The position numbers were made by a program, and so were the translations under genes. Below, in pieces: positions 53,881 to 64,000 of a stretch of 64,000 nucleotides of DNA. The stretch spans positions 6,076,001 to 6,140,000 of the forward strand of contig CM074512.1 of assembly GCA_037379345.1 (NCBI GenBank), read 5' to 3'. Source of the DNA: Perna viridis. Its lineage: Eukaryota. Positions within the stretch are counted from its first letter, which is position 1; every line of letters starts with the position of its first letter. Below the pieces are notes generated by a model, which had not been told where the DNA came from, searched no databases, and was given only the letters and a program-made list of their open reading frames with translations.

Positions 53881-54150
53881 TTTGTTTGTTTGTTTGTTTG
53901 TTGGGGTTTAATGACCGAGCAGCAATATTTCAGCTATATTCAGGCGATGAACATGAAATGATGATGAAATGAAAAATGGGATGGGACACAAGGACAATGG
54001 GGTCGAGCAATTTTGATTGCCACTGGAAATAGGTGGGTAGGGTTGGGCAATTTAGCCTCCTATAGTGGAGCCCTATGGTTCCTACTCCGGGAGAATACCA
54101 CAGTAGGGTTTTTTAACGTGTGAGGAAAGTGGCATCTTTCCCAACACGGT
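53881..54150 (-). mobile_element. SINE-like 3' part with (AAAC)n tail
   Basis: Locally GC-rich block ending TAAACCCCAACAAACAAACAAAC on the minus strand. Confidence 0.5.
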
Positions 54151-54154
54151 GCAT

Positions 54155-54374
54155 CACTATGGTTGTGGTCAGGTTTTCTGTATTATAGCCTGACACCCCA
54201 GCATACAACACGCCAGCGGTACCCCATTCCACCACCTGGGGCACATAACTCAGTTGCTCAGTAGGCAGAGTGCCCTAGCTCCCGGCTAGGGTTCTGAGCA
54301 CTATTTACTCGCCTTTTATGACAAGCTTATCGCTGCTGCAGGCCTATTCTTTTGACACCTGGACCTGCACGGGG
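54155..54374 (+). mobile_element. RTE-type LINE/SINE 3' end
   Basis: TCGCCTTTTATGACAAGC...GGCCTATTCTT...GGACCTGCACGGGG resembles the RTE 3' terminal motif. Confidence 0.55.
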
Positions 54375-55148
54375 CCAGCTGATGTATTACTTGGTGATAA
54401 AAGTGCCTAAAATGCTGTTGTAAACATTTGAAAAGACTCCAAACGTGAAACAGGAGTACAGAACAAATTTCAACACTACATGGAAAACTGTCGTCCATTG
54501 GTTCCAAAGCAAAAAAAATACTGTGTTTTATATGACAAATAAAAATATTTATAAAAATCCTCCTGATATGAGCACTTATTAGACCAAAGTTTCAAAATCT
54601 CCTGATTTGAATGAAAATAGTTACATGTGACCCTACCTTCATATATAATACTACATGTAGTACCTTATCTGTTATTAAAATAAAAATATTCATAAGTTAC
54701 CTTACTCCCTTAATGATAGTTGTTAGTCAATAATTATTTTCTAGCACCTTCTGTGATCAATCATTGTGGTGAAAAATGTCTCATTTATAATTAAATTAGT
54801 CAAATCTAACAACAAAATTTTCATTGTTAACCATTTTGAAAATCCAATCATCTTGTTTTGAAAACATTTAAAAGGGTAATGGATAAAAAACTGCATTAAC
54901 AAATTTGATAAGACAGTAACTGGCTTAAAAACATTGAATGATTTAGGTTTGAGGTTTTTCTATTCCGTTTTTCTTCTTTTCTTTAGTGGGGAAAAGTGAG
55001 ACATTGTAAAACATCAATTAGATGTGTCAGTTCTCAATGGCTGGAAGATGTTCTTTCTTTAAAGCTATCAAAAAGGGTTATAGAAGTGATGTTACATGGT
55101 TTGTCTGGATACCATATCACACAGTTTTTGTGGTACAGATTTCGAACA

Positions 55149-55285
55149 GGATGTTTGTACTCATGATGAAGGTGGACGTGACTAGAGGAGTTTGATGTTC
55201 TTCGGGATGTTTGTACTCATGATGAAGGTGGACGTGACTAGAGGAGTTTGATATTCCTCAGGATGTTTGTACTCATGAGGACATG
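55149..55285. repeat. Tandem repeat, 56 bp x ~2.4
   Basis: GGATGTTTGTACTCATGA at 55149, 55205 and 55261. Confidence 0.85.
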
Positions 55286-56715
55286 GCTAAAAGAGTTTTA
55301 TATTCTTGAAATATTGTCAAAATTAGAGATACTTGAACATAGTAAGAAGGGACTATAAAGGGTCTCATTGGCCTAAAATGCAACTGAAAATTAATCATAA
55401 AGTGATAAAAGATTGAATAAAGAATTTGGAGACTTGAATCCATCACAAATGAGAAAACATAAAGATATCTGATAATTTTGGCATTGAAAGGACAAAATAA
55501 TTGCTTGAAGTTTAACAAAGTTCACATATTCTCTCAATTTCGTACTTTTTGGTCATTTTGTGGTCATAATGATGTCAGTATCCAAGGAACATCTTCATAT
55601 TTACTGAATAACTTCATTATTACATAGAGTTTATCTTATATGGAAATATAAAGTTGTTGATTGGATGTGGACAAATTTTTGTGGTTACAAATATATATTA
55701 AAACAACAAAATTTTCAATTCTTAGCAGCTTTTGTTAAATGGCCTGTAATTGTGGCACCATTATGATGTCATTTCAATGAATATTATTTTCCTTAATATT
55801 TATATATTTTACTATGTTATGAACAATTTTTATGTTATTACAACAAAGTTGATATTTTAGGCAATATTCTTAGCCTAATACCTCTACACCTTTCAACATT
55901 ACATAGGGGTAACAGGGTTACACAGATTGTCTGGCTATCTCCTCCCACAGTTGGTTTGAAATTTTTTAGGATGTTTATAAACATAATGGAGATGTGCAGT
56001 CTGAAAGGAGTTTTTATTTTTATAAAATTTGGCAAAATTGAAGGATAGTTGGCCTTTTTCCATATGGTTATGATGTGATACTGTAAATGTATTAATATTT
56101 TCACAGATTAGGTCAAGTATATCAGGTTGTATATAGGAGTCACCTTCTCTTTCCATCATTCTGTCTGCTTTTCCATCTGTCTGTCCTTTCATCACCCAAT
56201 GGATTGATTGATTTCAAATTTTTCTTGTGGCTTAATATAAATGAGTGGATTTCAGTGCTGATCAGTATCAATTTCCTGCTTTGTGGGACTTAGCCATTTT
56301 TCATTTTATGGATTATGGAGAAAGCTTTTGTCCCAAAAATCGAGGCTCCCAATGGATGGATTGATTTCAAATTTGGTGTGTGACTTTGTATAGAAAGGAT
56401 GTATGTTGTTAGCTATTTTTGAAGCTGTTTGATATCAACTTCCTGAACAAGGGAGGGTATGCCTAGCAGGACAATGCATGCAACTTCATGTTTTATAATG
56501 AGAAAGGTAATGGTGAATATGAAAACAGAAAATGTAAAGTCAAGTTCACCTATGGGTCTTCAATGAACGACGACAAAACATTCATACCACAGGGCAGAAT
56601 GCAGTTGGCCCCAAAACAACATTATACACATGTACAGCAAAAATAGTTGCCCCTATATACTCCAGTAACATTAAAGTAAACTGAAAGAGAAAACAAAACA
56701 TGACATACAGAGATC

Positions 56716-56794
56716 AGAAATTCCTGACTTGGGACAGGGGCAAAACATGCAGCTGGGTTAAGAACTTGGGCCTGATCGCAATCCTCCCCCTTTT
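56716..56794 (-). ncRNA. Degenerate twister ribozyme, type P5 permutation
   Basis: Minus strand GGGG-GAGGA-[P1]-UAA-CCCA-GC-U-GCA..UGC-C-CCUG-UCCCAAGU-CAGG-A has the twister core motifs in P5 order. Confidence 0.6.
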
Positions 56795-56804
56795 AAATCT
56801 TTTT

Positions 56805-57412
56805 TAGTTATCTAATAATAAATTGTCAGGTATCTTTTTGTAATTGTCAGTTATTTCTAAGCTACTTTTACAGCATTTCTTAGTCATTTGACAGTTATTT
56901 CTAATTATACATTGTCAGCTTTCTCTTAGTCAATTATCAGCTATCTCTAATTATAAATTGTTAGTGCTGACTCTAAGTCAATTGTCAGGTATCTTTAAAT
57001 CAATTGTCAGTTATCTCTTAAGCTAATTTTCAAGCATTTCTTACTAAACTGTAAGGTATCTCTTAGTCAGTTGTCAGTTATCTCTTAGTCAATTATCAGT
57101 GGTCTCTGAGTCGATTGTCAGTTATCTCTAATTATAAATTGTCAGTGGTCTCTTTGCCAGTTGTCATGTATCTTTTAATCAGTTGTCAGTTATCTCTAAC
57201 CTAATTTTCAAGCATTTCTTAAGAAACTGTCTGTTATCTCTTAGTCAGTTGTCAGTGGTCTCTTAGTCAATTGTCATGTATCTTTAAATCAGTTGTCAGT
57301 TATCTCTAAGCTAAGTTTAAGCATTTCTTAGTAAACTGTGAGTTATCTCTTAGTCAGTTGTCAGTAGTCTCCTAGTCAATTGTCTGTTATCTCTTAGTAC
57401 ATTTTCAGGTAT
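56805..57412. repeat. Diverged minisatellite, ~22 bp x ~27
   Basis: AATTGTCAGTTATCTCTTAGTC. Confidence 0.85.
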
Positions 57413-59609
57413 TTTAATTAAGTTACAGTAGAAGGTGTAGAGTGAGACTTAATTATTAACTGATGTAACTGTGTCCAAGTCACAAAAATAATATTAAATG
57501 CAAGTCAGTTATTACTTTGTAGATATTAATAGGCAATTAATGTATAATACATCTTTGACTCTGTCTTGGCCTCCATTCATTGTTAACATACTGATGAGAT
57601 CAACACTGAAAATGAAACAACAGATCAAACACATAAATATTAACATCTGTGTCTAATGGGTTAGGGATCAATTTGATATGAATTGGCATAAAGGTGAAAT
57701 AAAACATTTAGATGTATGATGAGGATCAATAAGTGTAAATGTCATTACTTAAAAGAACAATGTTGTGTAACATATTGTCTTAACAGATATTCCATGTTTA
57801 AAGTACTCTGGTTAAGATGAAAAATAACAAAGCTCATGTAATCTTTAAAACAATTAGAGATTTGATGGTTTTCTACACAGCTTTATGATTTTGTCTTCCC
57901 TTTTGTTTTTTTGTCAATCCATGAAATAATTGTTTCAGGATTTTTTTCTAAATGTTTTCTTTTTTTTAGCTGCTTTTTAAGTTGCTAACATTGTTAGTGA
58001 CTTCTTGCACTCGTAATTTCAGTACTGTACATTCGTATATTATTTGCATAATTATTTATTACTACACCATCTTATGTTGCAGATCTGTCATAGAACTTAA
58101 TACAAGATCAAAATGAACCTCTTTAATACTTTACACATGTGTTCTACATGTGTTTTTACTTGTATGAGAATAGGAAGTTTACCTTAAAAGATGCAGTGAT
58201 TGGTTAGCATAGAACTTTCTGTAATATAGCTGAGAAATGCCTAGTTTCTGATTCAGAGGCCAGTTGTTTTGGTTGAGAAACGTTTGGGTCATCATGGTTA
58301 CTAAGTCATCTGATTTTAGAGCATATCAGTTTGCTGATCTTGATGAACTGTTGTGTTACACAACAATATAGTTCCAAAATGTTAAGTATATTTTTCGAAT
58401 ACACTTATTTTGCTAGTACATATAATGTACAATTGTATGATGTAAAAGATGTGAAGTGGAAAAGAATACGAATGTATATTATCAATCCTCCTTGCACAGA
58501 CTTCCTTAAATCAATCCAATATCTTCAAGTTTCAGATCACTAAAATTTGTGATTTTTTCCATACATATATTTATGCCAGGGTTTATGGTGAAAATGAGAA
58601 AATCACTGATTGATTTGGAGTTAAGTTTAGTAGAGCATTGAATTTGGCTGCATGTTGAAAGCAAGTCAAAATCGATGGCATAGAATATATTTGACGATTC
58701 ATGACTTTGAAGACTTCAGTCTTTGATTTATTATTTGTGTGTCCCTTGATTTGTTGCTATGTCTTTATCTGAATGAATCTTGCTGAGATGGAAGTTTATG
58801 GGAAATGAAAGAAACTTAGTGATTTTAGGTCTGAAGGTTAAAGGTAGAGGTTGCTGTTTCCACAATGGATTTGATAATAAATGGAATTTCCATATCCAGG
58901 AATATCTTAACTTTGCCTTGATTGATTAGAATGAAATTTGAAAACAATGTAACAAAGCAAGATATATTAAATGCACAACCAAAACAAGAAATTGCAACTG
59001 CCATGACACTTTTGATACCAGATGTGGCATATATTCTATTTCTGTGTTTTTTAAGTATAATAACATTTGACCTAATGACTTTCTACTTCTGTAGTTCATT
59101 TTTGTTTGAGAGACTGATGTTTAATAATTTTGTGTTTTAGATGTGATTTGGGATGGATTGAGTTTTTTTCAAACTCGATGTACTTTGAGAAGAAGTTAAA
59201 ATCTGAAGCAGGAAGTATTTTCCAAATTGTTAATTAACTGTATATTGTTTAGTATGTTAACTATCAGCATTCTAATTGGAAAAAAAGTGTGCTCTACTCA
59301 ACTGTATTACTATTCATTCTTTGAGGCCTACTTTATTTCAGAGCTTGTTCAGAATAAAAGGAAGCTTTTGTTTAAGTCCTTTTATCTCACATTAAAATAT
59401 TGCTATTTTTATGATGTGTTGTCATTGATCCTTAATTAGTAGTTTATTCTTTCTATTAAAGTGTTCAGCTTATGATTAAGGACTTAATCAACTCTACAAA
59501 ATTTACCTTATTTATTGACCTTCTTTTTAAGTGACAAAAGAGGTATAACATGTGAAAAAACTGCAGGATAACATTCAGTATTGTCAGTTTTTCAATTCAA
59601 TTGTGGTAA

Positions 59610-59800
59610 CATTCCATCTGCTCGTCTGTATCAAGTTTTTTCTCATTCAATCTGCTCATGTGTGTGGAGTTTTTTCTTATTCCATCTGCTCATTTGTATG
59701 AAGTTTTCTTTCTCATTCCATCCACTCATGTGTATGGATTTTTTCTCATTCCAAATGCTCATGTGTGTGGAATGTTTTTCTCAATTCATCTGTTCATGAG
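59610..59800. repeat. Minisatellite, ~34 bp x ~5.5, derived from a Penelope-like RT remnant
   Basis: CATTCCATCTGCTCATGTGTATGGAGTTTTTTCT; the first unit reads CGNIPSARLYQVFSH. Confidence 0.75.
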
Positions 59801-62800
59801 TATTTTTTTGGTTTGGCCTGTGATGGAAGTCCTGGATTGCAAGACTAAGCTATAGCTTTTCCAGCACTGTCATCTATGTTACAATTTTTATGTTTATTTT
59901 TTCATTACATTAGTTAAACATGAATCACGTGCTACTTGCTAGGTCAATTATATTTGATATGCTGTGAAATCAGCATCACTACATCTTGGTTCCATATCTG
60001 CATGTTTCTTGCATATAATCTACAGACATGGTCTATTGACTGAAATTTCTTCTTAAAATTTATATGTTAAGATTCTGATGAGGTCAGTTTTACATGAAAA
60101 GGTCAATTTAGTGTATCTTGCATTAACATGACTAAATTACATTTATGTATCTATTACATGTGTATCCCCCCCACAGTAAATATCTAGTTTTGAATAGCAT
60201 TGACAATATGTGGGGAGGCATTTCAATATGATAACTGTTTGTTATACAGTGTTGTTGTTAGTATATTGCTGTAGAACAGGGTTATGCTACCTTCTACTGT
60301 CATCTCTGTCAAATGTTTATATCTATTTCCATTATAAAGGTTACAGACCACCAATTCAACCAATGAGCATTTGGAACGTACGCAAAAATAGTCCTATGCA
60401 GAAATTACCCCTGTTCCTAGAGGTGGTTTATGGTACATCCACCAAACAAATCAAGTTTTTTTTTAGTCTATATAACTGTAGTATTCTCTGTATATAGATA
60501 TGTATTTTTGAGAAAACTATGAATTTATCTCCCACTTAAATCTACCAAATCAAAAACGATAACTCTTGTAAAGTGTCATATTTATGTACCATCAATATGA
60601 TTTTTATCTCAAAAGTCCTATAGCCATATGACAAACTACTAGTTATGTAGTCTGTAACTGTTTCTGAATAAGAAATTTAAGTGAATGGCCTTCTATTTTC
60701 TTTACAGTTTGGCTGCGGATTCCTCCTTTATTACTTAGTAGATTTTCTGGAAATTTTATACAGTACATGTTAAATCATGGTATGGATATGTGATAATGTA
60801 TAAATATTATCTATATTCCTCGTAAACATGACAACGAACAACAAGTGAAACACTCATAACAATGACGAAATGCAAGTGATGTACATATACATTGCAAAAA
60901 TGTACTTTATGGCAAGTAATGAAAACCAACACAAATTTTAAATTTGCCGAAGCCAGTCATACATGATGGATGCCGCATTTAATTGCAGTTGAAATAAAAA
61001 TGTACATACATCATTCAATATTCAGATTCATCTTGAATACTTTTTCCAATATTTATCCCTCACCGGTGGACAGGGCTGACTAGGAAAAATCCAGAATATT
61101 GACGAAAGTTTGCTGGTTTGAAAGACAGCTAGAAAGTGAAATACTTGTCAAACACACCCTACCATAATGTAAACGTACCCAAACCTGATTGGACAATAGA
61201 AAATATCGGAAACACCGAATACTAATATATGCATACCAACAATACATTATTTTCCCGCTATACTATTTGAAACGCAGGAAAATACAATTATTTATTTCCC
61301 CCATTTTATGCCAAAGTATTTTCTGTATGCCTGAAACTTCATACTACAGTGGGGGTGTCGGTACCTTCTAGCAATCTTTTAGTCTATTGTTTTGTGTATT
61401 GTTTCTCTCTTTATTTTCTGTGATTAGGCTTCATCCCCTGAATTGGCTTTCCTATTTCTAATTTACTTTGATTATGGTTGCATTCCTCTAAGTTGCACAG
61501 ATGAAACCATATGATTTTTAATAAGCAGATCATAGACAATGGTCACTTTTGCTAAAGTAAAAAGATTTATGAGGGGGAGGACTTAAAACTTGCTCTTGTT
61601 TATACAGATTCAAACAATGGTACATGTATTATTATGACTATTGACTTAAACAATGAACATCTTGTACAATGATCTGAAAACACTAAAATGTCTGATAAAT
61701 TTTCACATTGTTTTTTGTTCTTATCTTGTTCAGTGTTCTTATTTTCTTTCCCTGATAGGCTTAATTTAAATTCATGTGCAGATAACAAATCCTTTTTCCT
61801 CAAGAATTCTCTTCAATACAAGACTGTTACCATTATATTTGAAGTTTGATACTCTCACATACAGTTTGCATCTGTTGAAGTCTGTGACTTTGTAATAAGA
61901 GACTGATACTGTTCATGATACAAACAGCCAGTAGAAATCAATGACCTTTTATTAATTGCTGTGATTAATATCAAAAATTTCCTCAGACAAACCTCCTAGA
62001 ATTCTGAATTTACATTGAGTGCCCTTGGATTGGGACACAGATTATTAATTTGTGAATATTATTAGTTCATATAACTGATGTTGTTGTATCTTTTTTTCTT
62101 TGATGTAGTCATATTGATAATAAAGCGTTCTGTAAAGTTGACCTGTTTTTTCATGCATATTGAAAAGGGGAGACAAACATGTGTCTCATAAGGGACCAAA
62201 TGACTGGCTGTGTAATTTGATTTATCAATGAAAAGTAAATAGTAATTCAGCAGTTTGTTAACCTGACTATATTAACCTGATATATTGACCATTGTACATT
62301 GGATAGTAATCACCTAATGAAAGATTTACATATATTACAGACAATTACATCACAATTTTCTTTCAATGGATTGGAACTTTCTTGGTTTATCAAGTACTTG
62401 GTTACAGGTTGGAGGAAGCTATTACCATAAAAAAAATTGTAATAAATACTCAGTCTTACCATGAATTATCTTACAAGCATAAACCAGGATATACAGAGTT
62501 CTAATTTTTCTTTTTACTAACCCCACAATGAATTTTGTTTATTTAATGAACCTCAAAGTACAAAAATGGGGCAGACTTACATTTTACATTACAGCCCAGA
62601 AAAAGGGATTATACTGTTTTACTGGTCACGATCAACTGATTTAAAAAAAAAACTTTTTACATAGGTGTATCATACAAAATCTAAGCTACCTGAACTTCCT
62701 GTTGAATGGATCTGATTACTGACTATATAGTTTTGAATACTACTGCTCATGGTAGCTCCTTGATAACAGAGGTTATATTTGTTAAGTTTTAAGTCCTGGG

Positions 62801-62859
62801 AAAAATCAGATTCCTGTTTAACATGTGCTGTAAGTAAGCTTTTGATTTGAGTCCATCTT

Positions 62860-63292
62860 GTTGCTCTATCATTTGTAAACACTTGATTACAGTACATCAA
62901 TTTTGCTGTATCATTACTGAGCAATTGGTTATAGAACAACTTCATATTCTGTATCATTAGTGAGCATTTGATAACAGTACATCATGTTGATGTATCAATA
63001 ATAAGCACTTGATTACAGTACATCATGTCATTGTATGATTAGTGAATATTTGATTGCAGTAAATCTTGTTGCTGTATTATTGGTGAACACTTGATTGCAG
63101 TACATCACAACTCTGTATCATTAGTAAACACTTGATTACAGTACATCATGTTGCAGTATCAATAATGAACACTTAATTACATTACATCATGTTGCTGTAT
63201 CATTAGCGAGCACTTGATTACAGAACATCATTTTGCTGTATCATTAGTGAGCATTTGATAACAGTATCTCACATTGCTGTATCTTTAACAAG
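62860..63292. repeat. Minisatellite, 41 bp x ~10
   Basis: CACTTGATTACAGTACATCATGTTGCTGTATCATTAGTGA(A/G). Confidence 0.9.
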
Positions 63293-64000
63293 TACTAAAA
63301 TGTTATAATTACTTACCTTGAATCATGAAGGTACAGTTGTTTTTAAGATCAATGAAAATAGTCTGGCAATTTTGGGCTTGGCTTACAGGTATAAAAATTC
63401 TTTCATTGACTCATGTAACATCATTTTTGACATTTTAGGTCCAGTTTATAATTTGAATAAAGCTATAAGGATTATTTTGAAATTGTACCATAAGGTGCAA
63501 TACAACCAAAGGAAGACAGATTGATTTTAGGGGCTGTGAAATGACCCTTACTAGGAATTAGGGACCAGAAACAAGCATTTTCATGATAACTTGATATTAA
63601 CTTGAGTAAAAATGTATGGTCCAGTAAAAATTGTTCCACAAGATGCCATGCCCAAAGTAAGGCTGAGAAAGTTTTTAGAGGTTGTGACCTAAACTGTTTA
63701 GGAGTGAGGGATAAAAAAAAGGGGAGAACTTTGATTCTTGTCAAATTCTTATCTTTTGTCAAATGTTACTCACAATCCAACTTAAGAGCTGTGTTATACT
63801 TGAAAGTTGTTTTAATTTGGATTCTTGTATCCTTATAATAACAAAAGTAAGATATAAAGGAGCATTCTTAGCCAGAATTGTACTTGTGTAGATAGGTATA
63901 AGTTTTAGAGCATTAAAATAAAAGGAGCATATTTTCTATCAAGAAACAACCTGACCTCTGTTGCTTAGAGTTCATTGAGTAGTGACTTAATTGTCTTCTT

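Noticed and set aside
54238-54300. HDV-like ribozyme (GGGGCAC/GTGCCCT and GCTCAG/CTGAGC pairings)
   Set aside because: No room for P3/L3, no GG for P1.1 and no catalytic C in J4/2; better explained as RTE 3' UTR hairpins

Overview
AT-rich, CpG-poor animal genomic DNA; the repeat families suggest a bivalve mollusc (inference). The window lies inside a + strand CPSF2 (CPSF100) gene. Five coding exons are recognisable (3778-3893, 4216-4304, 5442-5540, 6189-6311, 52117-52284) and splice in frame through GT-AG introns, one of which is 45.8 kb (6312-52116). Nested antisense in that intron is an intact 367-aa class A GPCR of the NPY/sNPF/PrRP receptor group (22261-23364, -) whose ligand-pocket residues are non-canonical. 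The rest is intronic: about 20 unrelated minisatellite arrays, Penelope-like (Naiad-type) retroelement fragments, CR1-like and RTEX-like LINE 3' ends, MITEs, Helentron-type non-autonomous elements and SINE remnants. The most interesting non-coding signals are (i) a conserved, covarying pseudoknotted RNA motif in the 3' region of the Penelope-like elements, a candidate undescribed ribozyme or cis-element, (ii) a decayed type-P5 twister ribozyme, and (iii) two separate minisatellites derived from the same reverse-transcriptase coding motif. Repeat boundaries and copy numbers were read by eye and are approximate.
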